DNA of 64,000 bases, from positions 279,664-343,663 of the forward strand of contig CAVVYB010000015.1 in assembly GCA_963752405.1 (NCBI GenBank), read 5' to 3'. The notes under the pieces were generated by a model. It saw only the letters and a list, made by a program, of their open reading frames with translations, did not search any database and was not told the DNA's origin. Made by a program: the position numbers and the translations under genes. Below, in pieces: positions 26,639 to 36,862 of this stretch. The stretch comes from an uncultured Gaiellaceae bacterium (GTDB lineage: Bacteria; Actinomycetota; Thermoleophilia; Gaiellales; Gaiellaceae). Within the stretch, counting starts at the first letter, position 1. Each line of letters opens with the position of its first letter.

Positions 26639-27542
26639 CGCTCCGCCCACCGGAGGACGACGACTTCGACGCGATCCTCGAGCTGATGAACGCCCATCAG
26701 CTCGCGGCGTTCGGCGAGGCCGATCAGACCGAGGACGAGCTGCGTACGTGGCTCACCTCGCCCTCCGTCGAGGTCGAGCGCGACATCCGAGTCCTCGAGC
26801 AGGACGGGCCGGCTCGTCGGCTACGTCGACGTCGATCCGAGCAAGGCGATCCGCCGCTGTGGTGGTGCGACCTCAAGCTCGCGCCCGACGTGGACGCGGA
26901 TGCGATCGCGGCCGAGCTCGTCGGGTGGCTCGAGGAGCGCGCCGACGCCGGCAGGCTGCGCGTGTGGACGTCCGCCACCGACGCGCGGGTGGTCTCCGCG
27001 GTCGAGCGGCTCGGCTTCGCGCCCGTCCGGCACTCCTACCGGATGGAGATCGACCTCGCCGGCGAGGCAGCCGAGCCGGTCTGGCCGGACGGGATCTCGG
27101 TTCGGACCCTCGCCGAGGGCGAGGAGCGGCGTGTGTTCGACGCGTTCGTCGAGGTCTGGCAGGACACGCTCGGACCCACCCGACGAGACCTTCGAGGAGT
27201 GGAGCCACTGGCTGACCCGGGCGGAGACCTTCGAGCCATCGCTGTGGTTCCTCGCTCTCGGCGGCGACGAGCTCGCCGGGATTCGCGGTCTGCCGGAAGG
27301 ACACCACCGATCCGGCTGCGGGACACGTCGAGCTGCTCGGTGTCAGGCGCCCCTGGCGCAAGCAGGGTCTCGGCCAGGCGTTGCTGCTGCACTCGTTCCA
27401 GGAGTTCCGGCGGCGCGGCTGGACGCGTGGCACGCTCGGCGTCGACGCGTCGAGCCCGACCGGAGCGACCAGGCTGTACGAGCGGGCGGGAATGCGCGTC
27501 TACCGGGACACGCTGTTCCTCGAACGCGCGGCGCACGTCTAA
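26635..27542 (+). CDS. two-domain GNAT acetyltransferase (MshD-like architecture; several frameshifts)
   Basis: MTLRPPEDDDFDAILELMNAHQLAAFGEADQTEDELRTWL..., central WWCDLKLAPDVDADAIAAELVGWLEERADAGRLRVW, second half ETFEEWSHWLTRAETFEPSLWFLALGGDELAG and LLGVRRPWRKQGLGQALLLHSFQEFRRRGWTRGTLGVDASSPTGATRLYERAGMRV (motif A). Stop TAA at 27540-27542. Confidence 0.68.
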
Positions 27543-27551
27543 GGTTCGAGC

Positions 27552-28328
27552 GTGTCGCGCCTCCGCGCCCGCTGCCCTGACTGCCGAACCCTGACCGCGG
27601 TCGCGCTCGGGCCCGAGTACCAGTGCCACTCGTGCGGGCGCGAGTTCGCCGCCGGCCTCGTTCGCGTTCCGCGAGCCTGGGGCACGGGCGGCGAGGGGAT
27701 GGCCGAGGCGGCGTTCCACGAGCTGCCCTACCCCGAGGCGGCCGTGATCGAGGCCGACACGCTCGCCGAGCAGACGCTGCTGCTCGCCTCCGAGCTTCCC
27801 GACCGGCCCGTCGTGCTGGGCGGCTGCTGCTGCTCGCACGTGGGCGCGATCGAGGCCCTCTCGAGCGGCGAGGAGCGCCTCGCGGTCGTGTGGATCGATG
27901 CGCACGGCGACCTGAACACGCCGGAGACGTCCCCGTCGGGCAACGCCTGGGGGATGCCGCTGCGCATGGTGCTCGACGACGGCGCCGTCCTCGCGCAGAA
28001 CGTGGCGCTGGTCGGCGCCCGCAACCTCGACCCGCCCGAGGTCGAGTTCATCGAGGCGAGCGGCATCCAGACCGGCGAAGGAGCGGTCGAGCGGGCACTC
28101 GAGGGTGCGGACGCGGTGTACGTCGCTCTGGACGCCGACTCGGTCGAGCCGGGAGAGCTCGCCGTGTTCATGCCCGAGCCGGACGGGCTGCGCCTGACGG
28201 AGATCGAGAAGCTCCTCGCCGACGTCGCTGCGCGGAAGCGAATCGCCGGTCTCGGCTTCACCGGACTGGTGCACGACGCGGCCAACGAGCCCAAGCTCGC
28301 CCGCCTCGCCAGCGCGCTGGGTCTCTGA
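27552..28328 (+). CDS. arginase/agmatinase/formiminoglutamase-fold (ureohydrolase) protein with N-terminal CxxC...CxxC zinc-ribbon-like motif
   Basis: Intact 258-aa ORF. N-terminus CPDCRTLTAVALGPEYQCHSCG. Ureohydrolase motifs WIDAHGDLNTPETSPSGNAWGMPL and VYVALDADSVEP. The usual GGDHS motif is replaced by GGCCCSH. Confidence 0.78.
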   Translation: MSRLRARCPDCRTLTAVALGPEYQCHSCGREFAAGLVRVPRAWGTGGEGMAEAAFHELPYPEAAVIEADTLAEQTLLLASELPDRPVVLGGCCCSHVGAIEALSSGEERLAVVWIDAHGDLNTPETSPSGNAWGMPLRMVLDDGAVLAQNVALVGARNLDPPEVEFIEASGIQTGEGAVERALEGADAVYVALDADSVEPGELAVFMPEPDGLRLTEIEKLLADVAARKRIAGLGFTGLVHDAANEPKLARLASALGL

Positions 28329-28375
28329 CTTCGGCCTGTAACCGTCTCGAAGGGGCGCAGGTCTAAACTCCCGCA

Positions 28376-29221
28376 ATGGCCGAAACGACCAGGATCGACG
28401 TCTCGATCGAGAACAAGCAGGCTCCGGAGCCTGAGGCCAAGAAGCATCCCAACACCTGTCCCCAGTGCGGCTCGCACTACCGCGACGACGAGCTTGCCGC
28501 CAATCTCCGGGTCTGCCCGCACTGCGGCCATCACTTCCCGGTCAAGGCGCACGAGCGGATTGCGCAGGTCGCGGACAAGGGGAGCTTCTCGGAGGAGGCC
28601 GCCGACCTTCGCTCGGCCGATCCGCTCAAGTTCTTCGACCTCCGTGCCTACAACGAGCGGCTGGCCGAGGCGGAGGTCGCGACCGGGCTCGGCGACGCGC
28701 TCGTCATCGGCAGCGCCACGATCGAGGATCTCCGGTGCGAGCTGGCGGTGATGGACTTCTCGTTCATGGGTGGCTCGATGGGCTCGGTCACCGGCGAGAA
28801 GTTCGCGCGGGCCTGCGAGAGCGCCGGAACCGCCGGCGTGCCGCTGATCTCGATCTCGGCCTCGGGCGGTGCTCGCATGCAGGAGGGAATCCTGGCGCTG
28901 ATGCAGCTCCCGAAGACCGTCGTCGCCGTCGAGGAGCTCCACGAAGCAGGGTGTGCGCTGATCTCCGTGATGGCGCATCCCACGACCGGCGGCCTGCTCG
29001 CGAGCTTCGCGAGCCTCGGCGACGTCCTGCTCGCCGAGCCGGGCGCGCTGATGTCGTTCGCCGGGCCGCGGGTCGTGGCGCAGACGACGCGCGAGAAGCT
29101 GCCGGACGACTTCGGCCTCGCCGAGTCGAACCTCCGCTTCGGCCACGTCGACGCGATCGTGCCGCGCGCCGAGTTGCGACCCACGCTTGCACGGCTGCTC
29201 CGCCTCTTCGGAGAGGAGTAG
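28376..29221 (+). CDS. accD: acetyl-CoA carboxylase carboxyltransferase beta subunit
   Basis: Intact 281-aa ORF. Zinc finger CPQCGSHYRDDELAANLRVCPHCGHH, then MDFSFMGGSMGSVTGEKF and ISASGGARMQEG. Confidence 0.92.
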   Translation: MAETTRIDVSIENKQAPEPEAKKHPNTCPQCGSHYRDDELAANLRVCPHCGHHFPVKAHERIAQVADKGSFSEEAADLRSADPLKFFDLRAYNERLAEAEVATGLGDALVIGSATIEDLRCELAVMDFSFMGGSMGSVTGEKFARACESAGTAGVPLISISASGGARMQEGILALMQLPKTVVAVEELHEAGCALISVMAHPTTGGLLASFASLGDVLLAEPGALMSFAGPRVVAQTTREKLPDDFGLAESNLRFGHVDAIVPRAELRPTLARLLRLFGEE

Positions 29222-29222
29222 G

Positions 29223-30155
29223 GTGCCCCGTGATGCAGAGATCAGGCTCCGGGATCGGTTGAGCAAGCTGGGCGGACTCGATCTCCTGCGCGGCGCGCGC
29301 CTTTCGGGCGAGCTCGAGCGGCTGAAGCGCCAGCTCGACCGGATCGAGGCCGAGCCGACCGACGAGGAGATCTGGAACAAGGTCGAACTGGCCCGGCACG
29401 AAGACCGTCCGTACACGCTCGACTACGTCGACCGGATCCTGGACGACTGGTTCGAGCTGCACGGCGACCGGGGACGCGCCGACGACGCCGCGCTCGTGGC
29501 CGGAATCGGCAAGCTCGAGGGCCGCACGATCGCGCTGATCGGCCATCAGAAGGGCCGCGACATCAAGGAGCGCTCCAAGCGGAACTTCGGCATGGCCTAC
29601 CCGGAGGGGTACCGGAAGGCGATGCGCGTGATGGAGCTCGCCGACCGCCACCGCTTCCCGGTCGTGACCCTCGTCGACACACCGGGCGCGTATCCGGGAA
29701 TCGCGGCGGAGCAGCACGGCCAGGGTGGCGCGATCGCCCGCTCGCAGGCCAGGATGGCGCGGCTCCGCGTGCCGACGGTCGCCTGCGTGATCGGGGAGGG
29801 CGGCTCGGGCGGGGCGGTTGCGATCGCGCTCGCCGACCGCGTCCTGATGCAGGAGAACGCGATCTACTCGGTGATCTCGCCGGAAGGCTGTGCGGCGATC
29901 CTGTGGCGCGACGCCGGGGAGAAGCGCAAGGCCGCCGCGGCGTTCAAGCCGGACGCCGCGCACTGCTTCGAGCTCGGCGTCATCGACGGCATCATTCCGG
30001 AGCCGGTCGGCGGAGCGCAGGAGAACCCCGACGAGGCCGCTCGCCTGCTCGGCGCGGCGGTCGCGGACGCGCTCGAGGAGCTCGACGATGTTCCCCAGGA
30101 CGAGCTGCGGGCGAAACGGCGTGCCAAGTTCCGTTCGATGGGCGTGCTCGCCTGA
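29223..30155 (+). CDS. accA: acetyl-CoA carboxylase carboxyltransferase alpha subunit
   Basis: WNKVELARHEDRPYTLDYV, IALIGHQKGRDIKERSKRNFGMAYPEGYRKAMR, LVDTPGAYPGIAAEQHGQGGAIA, IGEGGSGGA. GTG 29223 lies just after the accD stop, and ORF 29187.. is in the same frame. Confidence 0.92.
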   Translation: MPRDAEIRLRDRLSKLGGLDLLRGARLSGELERLKRQLDRIEAEPTDEEIWNKVELARHEDRPYTLDYVDRILDDWFELHGDRGRADDAALVAGIGKLEGRTIALIGHQKGRDIKERSKRNFGMAYPEGYRKAMRVMELADRHRFPVVTLVDTPGAYPGIAAEQHGQGGAIARSQARMARLRVPTVACVIGEGGSGGAVAIALADRVLMQENAIYSVISPEGCAAILWRDAGEKRKAAAAFKPDAAHCFELGVIDGIIPEPVGGAQENPDEAARLLGAAVADALEELDDVPQDELRAKRRAKFRSMGVLA

Positions 30156-30292
30156 TCGATCAGGCTTTCCACAGCTTCCACAGGCTTTTCCCCTGTTCCG
30201 AATGTGCCGGAAACAGCCGACATATGTGTGGAAGGCGGTAAAACAAGCGCCTCAACGGCATTGAAACGGCCGACCCTGGAGAAGAGCTGCAC

Positions 30293-32616
30293 GTGGGATC
30301 GCTGAAGGACTACGAGCGCAAGCGGTCGCGGGGCAAGACGCCCGAGCCGTTTGGCAAGGGGCGCAAGAGCAAGGAGCCGATCTTCGTGATCCAGCGCCAC
30401 GACGCGCGGCGCCTGCACTACGACTTTCGGCTCGAGCGAGACGGAGCACTTGCCAGCTGGGCGGTGCCGAAGGGTGTCCCGCTGGAGCCCGGGACAGCAG
30501 CATCTCGCGGTCCACGTCGAGGACCACCCGCTCTCCTACGGGAGCGTTCGAGGGCGAGATCCCGGCCGGCAACTACGGCGCCGGGACGGTCGAGATCTGG
30601 GATCACGGCACGTACGAGCTCGTCGAGGAGAAGCCGAACGGCGGCCTCACCGTCCGTCTGCACGGCGAGAGGCTGGACGGGCTCTGGACGCTCGTGCCGG
30701 CGCACCTCGGCGGCGACCCGAAGAACTGGCTGATCGTCAAGAAGAAGGACGACGCGCTTCCCGCGAAGCGCCGCAGCTACGCGCCGATGCTGGCGACGCT
30801 CGCGGCGGACGTGCCGACCGGCGAGGGCTGGGTCTTCGAGGTGAAGTGGGACGGCTTCCGGGCGATCGCGACGATCCGCGGCGGCAACGTCGACCTGCGC
30901 AGCCGGAACGACAAGTCGTTCGTCGACCGCTTCCCGACCGTCGTCCGCACACTCGAGCGTGCGCTCCGGACGCCCGACTGCGTGCTCGACGGAGAAGTCG
31001 TGGCCGTCGGCGAGGACGGCCGGGCGACGTTCTCGGCGATGCAGCAGGGCAAGGAAGGCACGACCTACGTCTACGTCGCGTTCGACCTGCTCGAGGTGGA
31101 GGGGACGCCGCTGATCGACCTGCCGCTGACCGAGCGGCGGGAGCGGCTCGCAGAGCTCGTCGACACGCGTCAGCGCGGAATTCAGATCTCCGAGACCTTC
31201 GACGACGGCCCGGCGCTCTACGAGGCCGCCCAGCAGCAGCGCTTCGAGGGGATCATGGCGAAGCGAGCCGACTCGCCCTACGAGCCGGGGAGGCGCACGC
31301 GCAACTGGCTGAAGCTGAAGACCCAGGGCCGGCAGGAGCTCGTGATCGCGGGGTACACGAAAGGGCAGGGCCGACGCTCTGACGCGTTCGGCGCGCTCGT
31401 CCTCGGCGTCTACGAGAACGGCGTCCTGCGCTGGGCGGGGAACGTCGGCACCGGCTTCGACGACGCCGAGATCGCGCGGCTGCTCTCACGCTTGAAGCCG
31501 CTCCGGCGCGACGACTCTCCGTTCGCCGAGGTGCCGAAGATGCCGAAGGTGCGCAAGGGTGACGTCGTCTGGGTGGAGCCCGCGCTCGTCGCCGAGGTGC
31601 GCTTCGCCGAGTGGACGCACGACGGCAGGCTGCGGGCGCCGGTGTACCAGGGCCTGCGCGAGGACAAGGAGGCGGATGAGGTGCAACGCGAGCGAGCGTC
31701 GATCGAGCCGGAGATCAAGAGGGGCAAGCGTCTCCTCAAGCTCTCGAACCTCGACAAGCCCTTCTGGCCGGACGAGGGGATCACGAAGGGAGATCTGCTG
31801 GCGTACTACCGCGACGTGGCGCCGGCGATCCTGCCGCATTTGCGCGACCGGCCCTTCACGATGAAGCGCTACCCGGACGGGTGGAACGGGAAGTTCTTCT
31901 TCCAGAAGGACGCGCCGAAGCACATGCCCGACTGGATCCCGACGCGCCCGTTCGAGGCCTCGACGCGCGACAAGCCGCCGCAGCGCCGGGTGATCGACTT
32001 CCCGCTCGTGAACGACGAGCTCGCCCTGCTCTGGGTGGTGAACATGGGCTGCATCGACATGAACACCTGGTACTCGCGGGTCGACAAGCCGTCGCGGCCC
32101 GACTGGGTGCTGTTCGACCTCGACCCGTCTCCGGACGTCGGCTTCCCCGAGACGATCCAGGTCGCGCTCCTGATCAAGGAGACGCTCGATCTGCTCGGGC
32201 TCGAGTCGTTTCCGAAGACGAGCGGCTCGGAGGGCATCCACATCCTCGTTCCGGTTGCCCGGCGGCACACCTACGCCCAGACGCGCGAGTTCTCGGAGAT
32301 CATCGCGGGCGCGATCGCGCGCGCCCATCCCGGGCTCGCGACGACCGAGTGGACGAAGGCGAAGCGCCGCGGCGTCCTGATCGACTCGAATCAGAACGGG
32401 GAAGGGAAGACGATTGCGTCCGTGTACTCGGTTCGCCCGAAGGCCGGCGCGCCCGTCTCGACGCCGCTGCGGTGGGAAGAGGTGAACGAGTCGCTCGACC
32501 CCGCCGCGTTCACGATGGACGCGGTGCTCGAGCGAGTCGGGCGCGACGGGGATCTCTTCGAGGGCGTGCTGACGACGAAGCAGTCGCTCTCGGAAGCCCT
32601 GAACTCGCTCCGCTAG
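30293..32616 (+). CDS. ligD: multidomain ATP-dependent DNA ligase LigD, order phosphoesterase-ligase-polymerase/primase (two frameshifts in the PE domain)
   Basis: PE domain: [67 protein letters not shown] (frames 2, 3, 1; shifts ~30495 and ~30545). Ligase domain: [13 protein letters not shown] (adenylation Lys), [33 protein letters not shown]. Pol domain: [49 protein letters not shown]. Uninterrupted from ~30545 to 32616. Confidence 0.92.
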
Positions 32617-34851
32617 GGCGAGATGCGGGCCGGGTGCAGTTCCGTGGCTGAGCGGCGGTGCCGGAGGGCCTGAACACCCACGACGATCAGGCCGCCCGCG
32701 AGACCTGCGATCGCGCCCTGCGCGATCACCTGTTGGAAGACGTGCCACGAGAACGTCGTTTCGACCGTCCAGGCGCACGGCCCCGGGTTGAGCGAAAGCG
32801 GCGTGACGCAGCCACCGGCGGTCGGGCCGCCGATGATCCCGAGCCAGCCGAAGCAGCCGGCGACGAACGACGCACCAAGCGCACCGATGAGTCCTCCGTG
32901 CCAGGCTCCCGCTGCGCCTGCCACGAGCTGGACGAGGATCGCGAGCGCCACCATCGAGACGAAGAACGAGAGGATCGTGGCATCCAGCGCGCGCGTCTCG
33001 GCGCTCACGCCGTAGTGCATGTAGAGACGGACGAGAGCGGCGAGCACGAGGAAGCCGAGTCCGGCCAGCGCGCCGATTGCGAGCGGCAGCAGCGGCCGGA
33101 GCGCCAGCGGCGGCGTCTGGAGGCGCCCGCCCGGGTCGAGGAAGGCCCAGGGCGCGTCGAGTGGGCCGCGGCGGGCGAAGGCCGCCGCGAAAGGGAACAG
33201 GACGAGCAGCGCGAGCAGGGGGACGAGATACGGCTTGTGCGCGATCACGAGCAGCTCGCCGTCCATGACGAACTGCCAGACACGCTCCGGAACGGCCCAG
33301 ACCTGCGCGTCGACCTGCTGGTGCTCGACCGAAGACGCTGCGCGCGAGACTGCGAGGCTGGGCCGGAGGTCGCGGACGGTCGAGAAGATGGCCGTGAACG
33401 CGGTGAGCGCGATGCCGCCGACGAGCAGGCCCGCCGTCTGCGCGAACAGCGGCCGCCGGCCGCCGAGCGCACGAAGCCACCAGGACGCGCTCGTCCGGAT
33501 CCAGGCGACGATGAGGACGGAGCCCGGCAACGAGTACCGCGGCCCAGACGAGGCCGTCGATGCTGTTGAGCTCCCGCACCAGCGTGCCCTGCGGTGTGAC
33601 GATCCGCTCGAGTGCGAGATCCGGCCCGACTGCGAATCCGGCGGCGAGCGCGAGCGCGTCGACCCAAGGCGACGCGGGCTCGCGGCCGTCCGCGTGGGCC
33701 GCGAATGCCTCCCGCCAGATCGCCACGCCTACGGTGCCTGCCGCGAGCGGCACCAGGACGAGTCCGGCCAGGAAGGAAAGGTCGAACGGGTCGGACACGA
33801 AACTCGAGAGAAGCTGCTTGACGCTGTCGAACGCGATCGTCGCCGTCAGGCCGGCGGCGAACGCGACGACGGCGCCGAGGGGGAAGAGCGGACGCGTGTC
33901 GTCGAGTGCAGCGAGCCGGCGGGCAGGATCTGGATGTGGACTCCGGACGCGGGTCAACGGATCCGTCTTCGGGCGCGGGAGGGCGGCGAGCACGCGCCGC
34001 AGGGCGCCGCCAGGCCCGTCCGGCACCGAGGCGCGCAGGTCGGCATAGACCTCGCGCGAGCGCAGCACGGCGTTGCGGGTCAGGTAGACGAGGACCGCGA
34101 GCACGGCCAGCCGAACGACGACGTTCGACAGCAGATCCTCGCCCACCAGCGTGACAACGAACGGAGTGACGGCGACCAGGAGGAACGCGTACCAGACCGC
34201 GAGCGTGAAGTACGTGATCCCGACGTCGCGGTTGCGGATGTGAGCGAGCTCGTGCCGAACGACCGCCCTGAAGGCGGGCGGGTCGACTGCCTGCTTCACG
34301 ACCAGCCCGCCGCCGATCGCGACGCTGTACCGGCCCGGATGCCCGAAGGCAAGGCCTCCCGCGGACGCGTCGAGCGGATTCCAGAAGAGTCGCGGTGGAG
34401 CGAGCTCTTGCTCGCGGGCGAGCTCCGCAACCTCTTCCACCACTGCCGGCGCATCCGCCGGAGTCAATGGCCGTAGCTTGCGGCGCCGCGTGATCCAGAA
34501 CGGCGTTGCCACCATGATCGCGGCGGCAGCAAGGAGCAGTGCGGCCGTACCGCCGAGCATCCACCAGACCTGGTAGCGGTAGAGCTGCGAGGTGCAGGCG
34601 GAGAACCTGTCCGTGAGTGCGTTCAGCTGCTCGATGCTCGTGGCGTTGCTCGGAGCGATCGCGAGGCACTCGAGCGTGCCGGTCGCGTGTTCTTCCGGGC
34701 TCCGGGATGTCGAGGCGATCCACTGCCAGACGTAGAGGTTCGCTCCGAGCACCGCGGCTACGAGCAGCCCGAACCGGAACGCCGTGTCGGACGGAAACGC
34801 GAACGGATTCAAGCGGGGACGGCGCTCCGGTGCAGCCGCGCCGGCGCTCAT
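32613..34851 (-). CDS. large polytopic membrane protein with M48-family (HtpX/Ste24-like) zinc metallopeptidase domain and ~300-aa C-terminal multi-TM extension (one frameshift near 33530)
   Basis: The ATG at 34851 overlaps the stop of the upstream gene (ATGA). Peptidase hallmarks: GGLAFGHPGRYSVAIGGGL, VVRHELAHIRNRD (HExxH), SREVYAD, SPHPDPARRLAAL. There are many hydrophobic helices before and after. The C-terminal third is ORF 32613..33530. Confidence 0.72.
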
Positions 34852-35322
34852 GCCAACGCGAGGCTGCCGACGAGGGAGTCCGCGAGCAGCGTTGCGCGCT
34901 CGTCGGAGAGCTTGAGCGCCCGGCCCTTCTTGATCGCGAGGGCGCGCACCTGCTCGAGCTGCTCGTCCGTGAGCTCCTCGACCGGCTCGCTCCCCGTCCC
35001 CGCCGTTGCGGTTCACAAGCCTGGCGATCACCCGGTCGATCGCGCCCTCGCCCTGCTCGCGCGCCCGTTCACGGAGCTGCTCGCCGAGAAAGCCGATCAC
35101 GTCCCTCGCCACCTGCAGCGCAATCGGTGTCACGAGCAGCAGCGCCGCGTCGACCCCGAACCCGAGCATCTCGTCCTTCCCGCCCTTCTGCTCGAGCGCC
35201 TGCGGATTCTCGAAGTACGCCTCGCTCGTCGCGCGGAAGAGGGGAAGCTCCTCCGGCGCGACCTTCTCGACGGTTGCTCGTGCCAGCGCGGCGACGAGCG
35301 CGTCGCTCTCAGCCGCGCTCAC
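34848..35322 (-). CDS. hypothetical ~157-aa protein, translationally coupled to the M48 peptidase gene (one frameshift near 34985)
   Basis: MSAAESDALVAALARATVEKVAPEELPLFRATSEAYFENPQALEQ...GVDAALLLVTPIALQVARDVIGFLG (hydrophobic helix)...RLVNRNGGDGE. After one extra base it reads EPVEELTDEQLEQVRALAIKKGRALKLSDERATLLADSLVGSLALA*. GC3-rich codon pattern. I recognise no domain. Confidence 0.5.
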
Positions 35323-35421
35323 CGCGCGAGCTCTCTGGCCGCAGCAACGGATTGAGTGCGCATGCGCTTCCCCCTCGTTGCCTGTCTTCGAAGATAGCGA
35401 GTTACCGGTCGAAGACCAAGC

Positions 35422-36684
35422 TCATTCCAGGCGGTGCGGATGCCCGAGCCCGGAGAGCTCGGCGATGTCGCGCCTGAAGAAGAGCGAGGTCGTCCAGTCG
35501 ACGACGACGCGGATCTTCCGCGTGACGAGTGGCAGCTGGAAGAGGTGATAGCTGCGGGTGACGAACCAGCCGGGAAAGCCACGGATAGGTATTCCCATCA
35601 CGTCCGCGATTCCCTTGTAGCGGCCGAGCGTCGCCACCTGCCCGAGCATCCGATATGCGTACGGCTGCGGCTCGCCGGCCAGGTTCTTCGCCAGAACGCG
35701 GGCTTGGCGGAGCGCGTGCTGGCAGGTCGGCGGGTCGACGCGGCCCGGCGTGGCCTGGTTCGGCACCGCTGCGCCGTCACCGAGCGCCCACACCCGTTCG
35801 TGTCCTTCGACGCGCAGGAGAGGATCGACGCGGACGCGCCCGCGCTCGTCGAGTGGGACGCCGAGTTGAGAGAGCGCCGGATTCGCCCTCACGCCGGCAG
35901 TCCAGACGAGCGTGTGCGTCGGGATCCGGTCCCCGTTCGACAGAACGGCTTCGCCGGCGGTGAGCGATTCGAGCGTCGTCGAGACATGGATCTCGACGCC
36001 CCGCCGTGCGAGCTCGCGCGCTGCGTACTCGCCCAGCCTCGGCGGGATCTCGGGCAGGATCTTCGGCGCCGCGTCGACGAGCACCCACCGCTGTCGTGCC
36101 TCGCGCAGGCGCGGGTAGAACCGCAGTGCGTCGGCCACGAGATCGGAGAGCTCGGCGAGCGCTTCGACGCCCGCATAGCCGGCACCGACGAAGACGAACG
36201 ACAGGTGCGCTTCGCGACCGGTGGAATCGAGCTCGGTGTCTGCGGCCTCGAGCTCTCGCAGGACGTGGTTACGGAGATTGATCGCGTCCGCGAGATCCTT
36301 GAACCCGACCGCGTGCTCGGCGAGGCCGGGAACCGGAAGCGTCCGGGCGACAGCGCCGAGTGCCAGCACCAGGTTGTCCCACGCGATCTCGAACGAGCCC
36401 GCCTCCGGGGTCTCGACGTGGGCGGTCCGCTGTTCCGCGTCGATCGCGGTCACCCGGCCCAGCAGCATCTCGGCGTGCGGGCACATCTGCCGTAGCGGTA
36501 CGACCACGTGGCGCGGCTCCAGCGTCCCCGATGCGGCCTCAGGGAGGAGCGGCGTGTAGAGCATGAAGTTCTCCGGGCTGACGATCGTCGCCCCCTGCCG
36601 GCCGAGCAGCCGCGCGACGTAGCCGCCGGCGAAGCCGCCGCCGGCGACGAGCACCCCGCCACGTGCCTGTCGCGTCGCCTCCAT
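35422..36684 (-). CDS. ndh: type II NADH:quinone oxidoreductase (NDH-2)
   Basis: Intact ORF 35422..36702. VLVAGGGFAGGYVA (first dinucleotide fold), FVFVGAGYAGVEALAEL (second), VWALGDGAAVP. The ATG at 36684 is preferred as the start. Confidence 0.9.
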   Translation of the reverse strand: MEATRQARGGVLVAGGGFAGGYVARLLGRQGATIVSPENFMLYTPLLPEAASGTLEPRHVVVPLRQMCPHAEMLLGRVTAIDAEQRTAHVETPEAGSFEIAWDNLVLALGAVARTLPVPGLAEHAVGFKDLADAINLRNHVLRELEAADTELDSTGREAHLSFVFVGAGYAGVEALAELSDLVADALRFYPRLREARQRWVLVDAAPKILPEIPPRLGEYAARELARRGVEIHVSTTLESLTAGEAVLSNGDRIPTHTLVWTAGVRANPALSQLGVPLDERGRVRVDPLLRVEGHERVWALGDGAAVPNQATPGRVDPPTCQHALRQARVLAKNLAGEPQPYAYRMLGQVATLGRYKGIADVMGIPIRGFPGWFVTRSYHLFQLPLVTRKIRVVVDWTTSLFFRRDIAELSGLGHPHRLE

Positions 36685-36862
36685 CACGGGGATTCCTACC
36701 ACGACGGCCGTTCTCGAATGACGAGCGCGAGTGGGACTATCGCCCGCGGTACTTATTTGACGAATAGTTTTTGCTTATGATACGACCTTGTCCATCGGGA
36801 AGGTGTTCTTCGCGGCCGTCGGGCGTGCGCTCGGCAGTTGGTCAACGACTCGAGGAGGCTTC

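Noticed and set aside
31486-35322. Single 1278-aa ORF on the minus strand, which looks like a giant protein.
   Set aside because: It is a composite. The hypothetical gene reads into the M48 gene because a frameshift near 34985 happens to join their frames. After the frameshift near 33530, the ORF continues as meaningless antisense of ligD.
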